Assembly: GCA_965644295.1 (NCBI GenBank)
Contig: CBFFRP010000372.1
Location: 57,751-121,750 of the forward strand
Direction: 5' to 3'
Length of the DNA stretch: 64,000 nt
Source: Paraphysomonas bandaiensis
Taxonomy: Eukaryota; Protista; Chrysophyceae
Position 1 is the first letter of the stretch; every line of letters starts with the position of its first letter. The notes beneath the pieces were generated by a model. That model was not told the origin of the DNA. It did no database searches and saw only the letters and a program-made list of their open reading frames with translations. This document shows positions 11,633-24,099 of this stretch, one piece after another. Made by a program: the position numbers and the translations under genes.

Positions 11633-14600
11633 TCAGTCATCTGTAATTGTCGCTCGTATAACTTTGTGATAAACTGGGCTGATGCTACGTCCAGTATATG
11701 TAGCGGCATTCGCAGAGGTTCCGTATGTATAAAGATCATTGACCCCTCGACAAGTTGGAGCGATCCACACAATGCTGCGGTGGGTAACGGCGGGTACTCG
11801 CGACAGCCAATGATAAAAAGCCCTCGAAGTGCGACGTATTTTGGAGCATGCAGCCAGGAATAATCCTCTGCGTCTAATATCTTTTCGTTCCACGACGACA
11901 GCCCTCCAAACCTGGAGCACCAACAGAAGAAACCTCGTCACCGCATTCCTGGCAACAAGAAAGCCGTCACTATAACCATAAGCCACAGCCCTCTGTTGTA
12001 ATGACTTGACTTTGACAACGGGTGGATCTGAAGATTGGCACCTTCTTACAGCCACGAAGGGCTTGGATTTACTACTAAGTTTGGGGATTACGGTGTTGGT
12101 TCGAGCGGAATTTTTCGCAATGTACGAAGGGGTACGCTTTATGCACCTTCCCTGCACGGATACACTGTTGTCACTAGGGACGAGTGCTTTGACTTTGCTA
12201 CACTTAGAACTCGTCGTCGAATCAATTTTGCTGAAGTCAATGATAGGGTTCGTCTTTGTTGGCCGCTCTTTCACATCAGAAGTTCCAAGTATAGATATTC
12301 TATTCCTAGAAGCCATCTGTCGTCGCCGTACTACTCGTCTGCACATCTCCGACGCTCTGAGAGATATGTCACGTCCAGGCCATCGCAAGAACACTCGCTT
12401 GGTTCTAAATTTTAGAAGAACCTTCTCTAACAACCCGAAACATTGCCGAGCACGAATTCGGGCTTCCAAACGATCCGACCACTCATTCCAAACTGCATGA
12501 ATCACGGCCTTGTAACGGCTACATTCTCCGGTATATACTAGGCGGCGGACTGCCGAAAACCGCCAGTGCAAACTCCACTGTCGGAAAAGGCAGCGGAGTT
12601 GAATTCGAGAAAATTTTATCTTGGTGGCATCAACTCTATCCATTGTCCGTCTCACAGCTAGTCGCCACATTTGAAGACACCGAACACACATATTCTGCTT
12701 GTAGCGCCGCCCCATAGCATCCAGTTGTCGCTTTGTTGCAGAAACCTCTGCACGCCAAACTGTCCAGCATATGCAAAGAACCTCTCGACGCAGCTTCCAT
12801 TCTCTTTCACGCAGACGATGATGGTGCCGGACCATATCTGTCCAGATTACAAAACTTCTTGCAATTAGAGTAATACCCCGGAAAACAAGCGCTTTTCTAT
12901 CCTTCTCCATCAATGCCACCTGTTCATGGCGCGCTTCCACAATGCCCCGCCATGAAACGATCACACTTTTTAACAGGAAAAATTCTGACCTTGCCCTGTA
13001 CAAGCGATCCTCCCATAGATTCAATGCTAGACCAAAGACGCGTCCAAGCAAATGTCTAATTCGAACTCGATGTCGCCACAGATGCAGACACGTCACTGCC
13101 GCCCGCCACATACATTTCGTCCTCAAATTATCCACCTCCCTGTTGCAGACTCTTTGTTTTATAGAACCCGGCGAATGGTCGATAACACTTTTTAAACTAT
13201 GTCCTAGCTCAATTTGTTTTGGAGTGCATTCATCGGCCGATGCAGATATATTAGATAGTTTGGTTGGTGAAGATATGGAACTAGCATCAGACATATAACC
13301 ATCACCAGAACTCTCCTGAATGGAGATCTCTTCTGCAGAGGCAATTGCTGATTTAGTTTCTCCAGAAGGTCGACGATCGATTTGCAGCAACACATATGAT
13401 AAGGGAAGGGTTCCAGGACTTGCCCGGACTATAGGTAACTCCACATTCAGGGAACTACAATCGCGCAGTCCATCACAGCCTCCATTACTTGAAGACGATA
13501 TTTCAGACGTAGTTGCCGGCCACGTCATACCCACTATAGCAGAGGCACTATCAGAAATAGTTAGCGATAGGTCTGTATCACTCGAATGAGGGAATTCAGT
13601 CTGATTACTACCATGTGAATTCGCATCTAGTTGCTGGAAAGGAGATGCTAACTGAGAATAGGTGAATTCTAGGGGATAAGATGTGGTATTTACATGTGAT
13701 GAATTCGAGAGAGGAGAGAAGCACGAATGTACGTATTGTTGACGCGGCGTACTGGTTGAAGAACGAGCATCATGCTGCAGGCATGGTGATATATCGGTGC
13801 GATTTCGGAGAGGAGAATAGGAGTGCGCATGTGTTTGCTGTGCTGGAGTCGACATGTTACGCATATCAGGGAGATTCTCAGGAGTAGTTGAAGACTGTTT
13901 CTTTGACTGGGAAGGTGACACAGAAGGAGTAGATATATTAGATTGAAAAAGTTTAGTGTCTCTATATTTCGAAACGACAACATGCCAGCGTTTCATCGCA
14001 TTTCTAAGTTGACGTTCTTTTCTGAGTTGAGAAGCCAACTCAAATGAGCAGAGAGTCTTTAGACTGCGACTCATGCGAGACCGCCAGAAGTGTAGTACCA
14101 ACCGTTTATTCCTCCGTCTACGCCATGTCTGCACACAAGTAAGTCTACTAGCACATATATACAATATACAGGCTACATAAACAGTCTCACACACCATACG
14201 GCACTGTACCTTTGCCCACACTATACATCGAGACATCTTTGAGCCCACGACAAATCTTTCAACAGCCGCTCTGCATTCACTAATGGCACGCCACTTACCA
14301 ACCATTTCTTCTAACAGACAGTGCTTCCGTATATGTATTGCCCGTTTACGCCACCGTCTGAGGGCTCGTACACACGTTATACAGGAGTGGTGCGATAAAG
14401 CTCTCTCCAGCAGGGCACGACTTTGTTGGCCGCTTACACAATTCTTGTATAGAACTCGCCATCCTTTACTCAGACAGCCTGCTATGCGCTCAGCATATAT
14501 ATCATTCGAAGCAGCAAGCTTTTCTCTTGCTGTCACCGCCAAATTTCGCCAGAAACAGTAGCAGTACTTGAGAAGCAGCTTGTCAGAGAGAGAGGAAAGA

Positions 14601-15010
14601 AGAACTAGCAAGTATCGCGAACCCTCCCAAGGTACAATTCCACTGTGTAGTTTCCGTCTGGTGGATATACGCTTAAAGTGCTCTGGCCATGCCATTATAC
14701 GAGGGACTCTGCTCTCATCGGACGATGACTCACTACCGTAGCCGGCAAATACCAGACGTTGCAGCCGTAACTGAGAGTTGACTTCCTGATAGCGTTTCAG
14801 AACTGGTACAAGAAACTTTGCTCTTTCCGCGATACTATGCTTCACACTCATGGTACGTACAGAAACCGCTTCTTTAATGGAAAAGCAATTAGCAGCTTTA
14901 CCATAACGAAGGTAGGTGTTGGAAGTCTCATGTGGACCGGAGTCGAACCTACTTAAACCACATGCAGTTTCACTACGGTGTGTTTTCATTATCAACGAGT
15001 CAATCTGCAA
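11633..15010 (-). CDS. Sfi1-like centrin-binding repeat protein (5' exons upstream unresolved)
   Basis: 1125-codon ORF with two R/W-rich blocks of periodic (F/L)xxW(R/K) motifs flanking a Ser-rich linker. Probable in-frame intron near 14130-14210. Confidence 0.65.
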   Translation of the reverse strand: MQIDSLIMKTHRSETACGLSRFDSGPHETSNTYLRYGKAANCFSIKEAVSVRTMSVKHSIAERAKFLVPVLKRYQEVNSQLRLQRLVFAGYGSESSSDESRVPRIMAWPEHFKRISTRRKLHSGIVPWEGSRYLLVLLSSLSDKLLLKYCYCFWRNLAVTAREKLAASNDIYAERIAGCLSKGWRVLYKNCVSGQQSRALLERALSHHSCITCVRALRRWRKRAIHIRKHCLLEEMVGKWRAISECRAAVERFVVGSKMSRCIVWAKVQCRMVCETVYVACILYICASRLTCVQTWRRRRNKRLVLHFWRSRMSRSLKTLCSFELASQLRKERQLRNAMKRWHVVVSKYRDTKLFQSNISTPSVSPSQSKKQSSTTPENLPDMRNMSTPAQQTHAHSYSPLRNRTDISPCLQHDARSSTSTPRQQYVHSCFSPLSNSSHVNTTSYPLEFTYSQLASPFQQLDANSHGSNQTEFPHSSDTDLSLTISDSASAIVGMTWPATTSEISSSSNGGCDGLRDCSSLNVELPIVRASPGTLPLSYVLLQIDRRPSGETKSAIASAEEISIQESSGDGYMSDASSISSPTKLSNISASADECTPKQIELGHSLKSVIDHSPGSIKQRVCNREVDNLRTKCMWRAAVTCLHLWRHRVRIRHLLGRVFGLALNLWEDRLYRARSEFFLLKSVIVSWRGIVEARHEQVALMEKDRKALVFRGITLIARSFVIWTDMVRHHHRLREREWKLRREVLCICWTVWRAEVSATKRQLDAMGRRYKQNMCVRCLQMWRLAVRRTMDRVDATKIKFSRIQLRCLFRQWSLHWRFSAVRRLVYTGECSRYKAVIHAVWNEWSDRLEARIRARQCFGLLEKVLLKFRTKRVFLRWPGRDISLRASEMCRRVVRRRQMASRNRISILGTSDVKERPTKTNPIIDFSKIDSTTSSKCSKVKALVPSDNSVSVQGRCIKRTPSYIAKNSARTNTVIPKLSSKSKPFVAVRRCQSSDPPVVKVKSLQQRAVAYGYSDGFLVARNAVTRFLLLVLQVWRAVVVERKDIRRRGLFLAACSKIRRTSRAFYHWLSRVPAVTHRSIVWIAPTCRGVNDLYTYGTSANAATYTGRSISPVYHKVIRATITDD

Positions 15011-15918
15011 GTGGGACAGCAGTATACTGATAACTAAAAACCCGTTCGAAATCTACTGCAGTTATAAATCACTCTAGCGACACCCTACACACACATGTAA
15101 ACAGAGACACGCATTATAGTATGGCTTATATATACACGAATACACACAGGTAGGACCATATAATAGTGAGCACAGGTATACATCAGCACATGCAGATCAC
15201 ACGTAGATCACTTGCAGGGTACATAGATAACTGCACGGCTCTATCTCCCACCTCGAACAAGAGGTCACGACTGCATTCCTGTGGTAGGTATAGCCAAAAC
15301 TCTCATGGCAGACATATCCAATCATCAATAAACCCAATCATTGGCCGTGGACTAGACGGTGTGGTTCATTACAGTAAGATTGTCTCGTCTAGTGATGCGG
15401 TCCTTCGCTCTCGCATATTTAAATTAGAGATATGTATACAGGGGACTGTATATATGTATTCCCGTAGAATACATTCCCTCTCCTGACTTTCTAATACAGC
15501 GAAATACAGCATCAAAATACAGTTATTTCAACGACTAGTTGGACTACAGGCCTCCGTATACCCCGTATATCTATCGCCACTGGTGCTATAGAGAGCAGTG
15601 TGTATGTATGTATATAGAGGAGAGCAGTGCGATATGATACACACAGCAGTTGACAGTTTAGGTTTCATATGATGCACTCATTCATGTTTCTCACTTGCTT
15701 TAGAGCCACACTCACACCATGCAACTCGATTGCGCTGTGTTTAGTTGCATAACCTCCCTCTGAACGAGTAATTACATGAGCAGTATGGGTGTATGCATCT
15801 TATTGAACATACATCTATAGAATCAACTCACAGACTACGTATCAGAATATATACCAATAAAACCCATACAGAACAATCAACTAACAGAAAACATCAGTTA
15901 GAGTGAATTGATAGGAGA

Positions 15919-18900
15919 ATGATGTCATACCCGTCCATAGAAGACGATACATGGGATCAGGAGCTCAATGTGGAGAGCGATAAGACCATACTATCAGCTG
16001 ACATATCGTCTCTTGCATTGAATTTAACGTCTCAAACAGAATACAATAATGAGCTGTTGGAATATATACGAGATTTAGAGAAAAAATGTCATCAATCCGA
16101 ACAAGTGAGAGAGAAACTGGTAGAAAAAAATGAATCTCTTCACAGTGCTTTCAGAGAAGCTAATTCTCGTGCTGACGATTTACACAACAAATTGACAGTG
16201 TCATCAAGATTATGTGATGAATTATCTGCACAGTTTCATTCTGTACGAGATGAGGCAGTTCAGCTGCGATTGGAGTTAGACAGTGCTAAACAAACTTGTG
16301 AATCACTAAAGCAACAACACGCTTACTTGGAAGAAAACAATAAATCCCTCAACAGAAAGAACTTGGAGTTAGAGAGTGAAGTCGACGAGTTGAGGCGACT
16401 AAAAAAAATGTTTACATCTGATGAGACGTCTGATACAATTATGACTCTTACCTGTAAGCTGGAGAGCGTGGAAAAGGAACTGGAATGGACTCGCAAGTCT
16501 AGCTACGATGTTCAGACACAAGCATCAGTCATTAAAGATGAAAACATACAATTGATGCGTCGCATCGATCATCTTCTCAAACAGCGGGATGATGATGTTG
16601 AAGCCAAGGAAAAGTCTCAAGCGCGATATCGCGAGGCCACACAGAGTTTGACTGCCCTTCAGAAGCAAGTGGCTGACCTTACCACTCGCAATGATCAGCT
16701 GCAGGAATCTCTAACAATGTCATCATTACAACTGCGAACCAACCAGGCAGCCCGGGAAGAAGCTGTAGAGCACTCCCGAGAAACAGATCTAAGATGGAGG
16801 GAGTTAGAGGTAGTGAAGATTCATATTGATCCATCCTATATGTTGACTTTACAACCCTGCAGGAGTTGGCGAAACGATTAGAGCAAGAGAGGAGCGACCT
16901 GCAGTCGTCATGTGATCGCTTGGAGGAGAAAAATGAACTACTTGAAGAGCGTCTGCGAGGTCTTCAAGAGCGTGATAGTGAGTGGGAGCAGTAAGTTTGT
17001 ACTTTTCTTTGTTTGTTGCGTCTCACCCACAACACCGAATAGGGCTGTGAGGGATGACTGCGAGAGAAGCGTGCAGGCAATGCGACAGAAAATGGAAGGT
17101 ATATCTGACGATGTTTATGGATATTTGTATGATCAGCACTAAATAGATATGTCACGGGAGCTGGAGAGGGGAAAGCGTAGCTTTGAGGACGAAACCGAGC
17201 ACCATGATGCTGCCTTACTAGCTGCCACAAGGTTACTACCTTATAGATCAATCATTTTTATTGATACTGATGTTCTCACAGACAGATAGAGGAACTCAAT
17301 GGTATGCTTTCTCAGTGCAGGAAAGATCTTGCGGCAAGGTTCGACTCGTGTTGTGTATACTTTTTGTGTGTATCTAACTCTGCAATTCAGTGCGGAAGAA
17401 AACAAGCGTGTCAAGCAGGAGAAAGAAGCAAGATGTACACAACTGGAGGAAATTGTTAGGGAGCTACGGGACGAAAAACGCTCAGGTTGGTTGAACACTG
17501 TTGGCATTTTTTTGTTCATCAATGTTGTTCAGTGGTGATGGAAGAAAGGGAAGAAATCAATGCAGCGAAACGCGAATGCCGGCGCTTGAAGGATGCATTG
17601 ATTGCTAGGGGAGAGCGGTACACTCTAACTCTATCCGCCATGCACAATGCTTTGCATGCCATTGGAGAAGAAGCTGCTCACCTTCGGAGCCAGTTCGTGT
17701 ACATAGCGGGGCAGGTGCACCGCTCTCCTATTGCCATGTACAATGTGTTTTAACTCTTTTCGATTAGCTTGGAAAGCTCCTGGTGGTAATGCAGCAACTA
17801 TCACGGTCACATGAACTCAGGGCTGATGGTGCTACTCACGTGAGATTCACAATGCATATTTTAGTTTTGTAATATGTTGTATCAGGTGGGTGATGGTATG
17901 GTTCCAGCGGAATCAAGTCCCACGGCTGCGTATGGGCGTGAAATTCATAGAACATTGCAAGTGCTCATCAAAAAGGTTATGGAAAGCCAGGAAGAAGTTA
18001 ATAATGTATAGCTATCGTAATGAAAGTGTTGCTGTATTATTAATTTTATATTTAAGGTATCGTTGAAGCTGAAAGAAAGCAACAAATTAAAACACGAAGA
18101 TACGCATGTAATCGAGCGACTAGAATCACAGCGTATGTTATCCTATTAGTTATCGATGTCTGTTGACTCGTATATTCAGTTGTCATTGCTCAAGAGAAAA
18201 TCGTATTTTCAAAAGCAACCATATCTCGACTTGAAAAGCAGTGCGCTGATTACATTCAAGCCAATAAAGACGTTATGCAGACAATGCAACAGGTCAGTGA
18301 ATCATGCGTTCTATATACTAGGTGATGGTTGGCAGGAGAGAGAAAAGGCGGCTACCCGTATAGACAAAGCAGAGGGCAGAGTCAGTGAAATGATTCGTCA
18401 AAATACATCCATACAGGTAAGATAGTACTGCATTGCATCATGTGGGTTGTATAAGACTCATTTACTTCGCAACAGACGGAATTAGGACGATGTCAAGCCG
18501 ATTTGTTGGCGGTGCAGACTGAAAGTGAATCGCGTGCTTCTTCTCTTATGAACAAACTCAAAAAAGCTGAAGAAGAGAGAGGTTACTTCCGCTTCTCCTT
18601 AAATGCTTACGAATGTTATTTTGCATTGCAGATTATTACGCTGAGGGTATGAAAAACTCAGAAGCTAAATACTCTGCCCTTCAGGTTAGTGTATACCTTT
18701 TCTTTGGCATAAATAGTTTGAGATATATTTTGGATAGGGACAACTGATGCAATCAGAGGCTAAAATTGCGAAGCAACAAAGTGATTTCCAGAAGTTGAAA
18801 AGAATTTCAGTTTCGGTGCGATTACTATATTCCATGTGCTTAGTATCATAGTTGTGCAGATGCGCGACGACATGGCAAAGTTTAGCGCGAAGCATGACGA

Positions 18901-19623
18901 CCAAGTTGGTATGTTTAGTTTGGAATCATTTGCTGGTTTCTTACATTATTCCAAGGGTCACTCCACCGAGCACTCGAGCAGTACCGGAAGCAGTTAGACC
19001 AGAAGCAGCAACTTATAGCAACTCTACAAGCCCAGCGAACAGAGCTGATGCGATCATCCGGAGGAAGAGAAGAGAGTTCTTCATCAAGCATTGGAAATAT
19101 CAGGGGAAGTCACGCGATGATGGGGAAGGATTTATTGTTCAACTCTCGCAGTGCATTCAGTGGTACTTCGAATCCCCACTCCAGTACGGCAGCTCTCTCA
19201 GGTCTTGCACGGCTGATTCATTCACACGGCGATGAGATGAATGGGGCCAAGCGTGAGGAAATGTATGGAAACCTTTCGAAAGTCAAGAGCAGCGGGTCAG
19301 ACAGAGACATAGGGTTAGGTGCTTTTAACTCTGGATTACGACATCTTACTGAGTCCGTAAATCAAATGCATAGCGAAATGCCTTTCCGGTGCGTCTTCGC
19401 AGTAATATTATGTATTTTCATCTAATTGATTTTCGTTGACAGCCCCCCTGCTTTATCTCCTAAGGTTGAGAAAGGAGGACGAGAACGTTGTTCATCACCG
19501 TCACGCCAATTAAGCTTTGATGATATGGCTCCAGATATTGAGGCGGAAGATGACAATGGATCTGGAATATTTCGACTAACTAGTCCTTGCAGCAAATCAA
19601 AATATCAAAACCCCGTTGAATAG
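15919..19623 (+). CDS. Multi-exon long coiled-coil protein
   Basis: E/K/Q/L heptad-rich exons linked by many ~50-nt GT-AG introns, ending in a disordered S-rich tail. Confidence 0.75.
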
Positions 19624-20270
19624 TCCCGTGCGTTTGAGCTTTAGGTTGAAGTATTTACTGTGCAGTGAAATCGGATACTATTTACAGAGTGCAACGAAGG
19701 TACTACCTCCACTGCGCTGTATATTACGTATAAATTCATGTTGAATATGCATTTTAGCTGTGTGTATGCAAGAAGATGTATTTGAATAATAAGTTATATT
19801 TCAATAATTGCGACTGCGTTGCCCAAAAATTGTGAGTAAACGACATGCGAAATGAGTTTGCACCGACTCAAAATTAAATTGAAGCTAGACACTTTAGCTA
19901 GAAACTAGTTGGTACGTTGGTACAGCTTCAATCTTTTACCTAGAAGAAAAAGCATTATTAGAATCAAATATAAATATAGAATCATATTTGATAAATTCAA
20001 GGTATATCCAAAACTTGTGATTAATTGACGCAGGTTGCATATTAGATGGAAAGTAACTTCAGTGTGTGCAGAAGTGAAAACAATATAATATTACGTAATC
20101 ACTTACAACTTACAGTAAGCAGTAGTATAAAGACTCGATTTACTCTTAGTAGAATTAATATATATAATTTAGACCTTTATAATATATAGATTTATTTCCA
20201 GTATTCTATTTACTATTGAAGTGCACCCTCTCTAAATCATTATCCACGATATCGTTTTGGCAATGACGGA

Positions 20271-22713
20271 TCATATAGACTTTCTCATTGACGTGTTAAG
20301 TCCGTCACTTGTGTGGGCATTCAAAAGAGAATCATCACCCACTTTCTTGACTGAGTACTCCACAGGTTCCGTCAGTTTCATGAATTTAATACCAAGATCC
20401 TTCTGAATAGCTCTGAATTTTTCCCACAGAGCAGTACGGGCATTTAGAGTTCTTGCAACCTGTAGTATATATATATCACTCAGAATGTCGGAATAAGCTC
20501 AATTCCTAAAACTACTTACCTCGGCCCAACCACCCATATGAGAAGCCCACACTGAATACTTAACAACATTCCTCGGCACATCAAGTCCCACACAATATAC
20601 GTCCACTTCCTGGTCATATATATATTAGACCTACTGAACATATCGGGACCACAAAAAGCGCCACCTTCCACTCGCCCTTCTTCTCCACAAGCAAATAGTG
20701 TCTCATCGCTCGGAAGAAGTCATCAATCACACTCTGCCACAAACATTGAGCGGTGAGGTGGTAACAATAGAGCATGCTTAAAACACACCTGTGGACATGC
20801 GAGAGGACCATCCGAACAGAACTCTATGTTTAGCTCAAATGTTGCGTTGTGACTCTCGTGAAGATTTATAATTCTCTCGTTGAAGAGCACATGGTTAGGG
20901 ATAACTAGCTGCACGCCGGATTAGAATATAGCACTACACCACACACATGAACAGTACTTTACTATACCTTTTCATTGAGTATGCTGATCATAGTGGTGTA
21001 GAAGAGACTGATGGAAGCAATGTTACCCTTTGTTTGAGTATCAGACCCATAACCTATAATCACTCTGTTGCCAACGTCATATGGAATAAGAAATAGCACA
21101 AAAGCAAGAGAAAGGAAGGTATTACTAATGATCGGTGCAAAGGCAAAGGAGAGTCCAAACAATATGGTGAGCATGGGGGCCAGCACTTGCAGGGTATCAA
21201 CCTGAAGCACAATCTGCCCAAGTAAAAACACACACACCCAAAATACCACATTCACAATACTCAAAACGGATTGGTTAAGTCCCTGTAGATCTGCGAATGA
21301 TCCAGATGCGTACTTCACAGTTTTGTATAGGTGCATCACGGCCCATAATATCTTCGCCTGGGAGATTGGAATGTCATCAGTCTCGGATTCACACCCGAAC
21401 ATTGCAAGGGTTCGCGGGATCAGATCCGCCTCCACAGCCGGGGAGAGAGAGTCATCGTCGTAGCATCGTACCGCTTGACAAAGGCTAGCAGCGGTAACGG
21501 GAATAGTTCCTCCACAGCTTACATGCAAATGTAGCCTTCGAGCAAATGAAGTGGCGTGCTTTTTGTTTCGGATAGTTACTTCCCCGGCGCAAGTGTGAAT
21601 ATGAAGCATGCTATGGTTAAGTATGTTAATTCGCTTCCAGAAAGCAATGCGCTCTCTACTGGCTATTTCATCCTCTCCCTCGTCATCCAGTATGACACCT
21701 CCCTCCATATTCTCCTCTGGAGCCTCCTCTTCTACTCGGGCAGAAGCACGCACGATCTCGGCGAACACGTTCCGTACCCTCTCCTTCCTAGACATAGAGG
21801 CGCCAGTTGAAGTTGATGATGTTGTAGTAGCAGCATGAAGCACACGCTCAGTAGACGGCTTCAAGAGAGGTGATACTACCCCTGCCCGTCCAACAGTACC
21901 AGGAGTAGGCTCTCGACGAACCGCCTTCGGCCGAAAGGAAGTCGATGACGCGAGTGCAGACAAGATTGTCTGACTACTCTCTATTTCCACCAGTTTGTCC
22001 CGCAGTCGTTCTTCCAGTAGTTTTAAATAGTACTTTCTAAGATGATACCTTTTGAGAGTGAAGAGAACCAATACAGACACCAAGACAGTAGCCATATTAT
22101 CCCAGTCCGCACTAATATCAGGTAGTTTCATACCTTCGAACACATTTACTACGACAACTATGGTCAGCATATGTCCCAGAGGTCCATCAAGGGAACGTAA
22201 GCAGTACAGTGTATCATACTGACCACTCCAAACACTTTCGATAAAAAAAAACAATAAATTCTCTACTATCGAAGTGCATGCATTGATTCCAATAGTGACA
22301 CTGATAAAGTAAATCCACTCATCAGTGCTGAGGTTAAGAAGTCGTTTCGAGTCGAACTGTCCACCGGATGATAACAAGAGCAGAAGGAGAGGAAGGATGG
22401 TACAGTACCACTTCAATCGTGTCCACACATCACGAATCACAGGCTGAAAGAGTTTATTGAGAGATACGCAGTTAGTCAATAGAGAATCTTTAACAAGATT
22501 ACTGAATGCTGAGTCAGGTAATCCTCGTAAAGATTGATAAGAATCCTTTGATGTCTCCTTTGCTATGTTGCTTTCTATTGTATTGACAACACGGTCCTCT
22601 ATAGCATCTTCACTGTGTATTTTCCCCTCTGTTGAGAGTGGAGTGGAATCAGATGATTCAGAAACTAGTTCCATGGTTTCATAATCACCTGCCACTCGCT
22701 TATCTATAGACAA
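20271..22713 (-). CDS. MscS-like mechanosensitive ion channel (start codon uncertain)
   Basis: N-terminal TM helices, then GLSFAF...FVLFLIPYDVGNRV, ISLFYT, VIPNHVLFNERIINLHES and a C-terminal QKDLGIKF. The last exon stops at TGA 20273-20271. Confidence 0.85.
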
Positions 22714-22974
22714 GGTCTAGGAGTATATAGTTCTTTATATTTGCTGTGTTTCTGTGTTCTTTAATACATACACACATAGAGACTGCTGATGTGAGTGGAC
22801 ATACAGCAGTATATACATGAGTATATACTGTAGGTATACAACTGTATATATATATGTGGTATTTGTTGTTGGAATTTTAGGCACAACATACCACTGATGT
22901 ACAGAGTACAGAGGTGTGTACAGCAGTACTCTGTACTACGTACAAAATACCGCTTTTCTGGTATACCCAAATAG

Positions 22975-23164
22975 CAGGGTTTTGGTTTTAGGAAAAAACA
23001 TTCTTAACGGTACACAGTAAGGGTGGGAAGTAGAGATTTCCTAAAATCCTGAAATTGTAATATTTTGAGGCTCCTCTGTATAATTTCAGGATTTTAGGAA
23101 ATATGTCTTGTCTCGTAGGTTTTGTATGTACGAAGTGGGTCATTTTGTCCCAAAACCCACCCTG
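22975..23164. mobile_element. MITE with CAGGG...CCCTG termini (hAT-like)
   Basis: Imperfect TIR (CAGGGTTTGGTTTTAGGAAAAAA vs reverse complement CAGGGTGGGTTTTGGGACAAAA) and an internal inverted repeat at ~23036-23102. No clean TSD. Confidence 0.65.
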
Positions 23165-23205
23165 CAATAATGTCCTTTCGACATCATACAATATCCATGG
23201 GTATA

Positions 23206-23294
23206 ATCTATAACAGCAATAACAGAATCAGATTAATACATGTCGTTTATATTCTGAACACAATGAATCTGATTCTGTTATTGCTGTAATAGAT
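23206..23294. repeat. 29-bp inverted repeat with 31-nt loop
   Basis: 23206-23234 vs 23266-23294, one mismatch. Confidence 0.85.
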
Positions 23295-24099
23295 CTTACT
23301 GTTGTTCGAGGAGTCAGGGCCGGTATGAAGGCTCTATAGATTATTATTTTTCAATGGTAAAATCTATAGTAAGATAGTAAACTCGTATGCATAGAACTTA
23401 ATCAAGTAAATTGTAACGATCTGCAGACCGTCTAAATAAAGCATGATAATAGGCCATAGAACGAGGAGGCCAAGGCCGGATCTCAACGAGGATAAAAAAT
23501 TATCATGTCCATCATTCTTTCATTGTTGTCATCACTATTCTTCATTTACAGTATTCAATATAACTCTGTTAACGCTTTGTCCTTTTCTGTTAAATCAGCC
23601 CATCCTTCAATAGTAAGCTCGTGTTATAATTGCTATAATATGCTCTAGATCCTGGTTCATACGTACATACTATGTACAAGAAGTGTAATAATTGCATGAT
23701 TTGAAACATATAATATGCACAAGCTTAAGTATATACAAAAAGAGACTATTGGATAAAGTATCTAGAGAGCTGGTTATTACACAACCAATGTTGATTGTTC
23801 ACTGAAACTTTGCTACTGTGTCAAGAAATACTTGGCCTTATTGCGTTACTACACTTTGCTAATTTCAAAATTTAAAAAGCCCCATGAAAACTGTATGGTA
23901 CAGCATCCGTATTTCATTACTAGCTGTCATAAAGAAACCCTTATATCAGAGTATCTAATTGGCCAACAATAAGCAGAACTCAATACGAAATATAATCATC
24001 ACATCAAGCTGGAACTATTTACAGGTACTCTATCTTCACATTGCAACGCTACATACATAGCAATGCTAACTACATAACACTTCATTGACAAATAATATA

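Noticed and set aside
12006-14561. Antisense ORFs over the Sfi1-like gene (and similar ones over other genes)
   Set aside because: Shadow ORFs of the real coding strand with no independent features.
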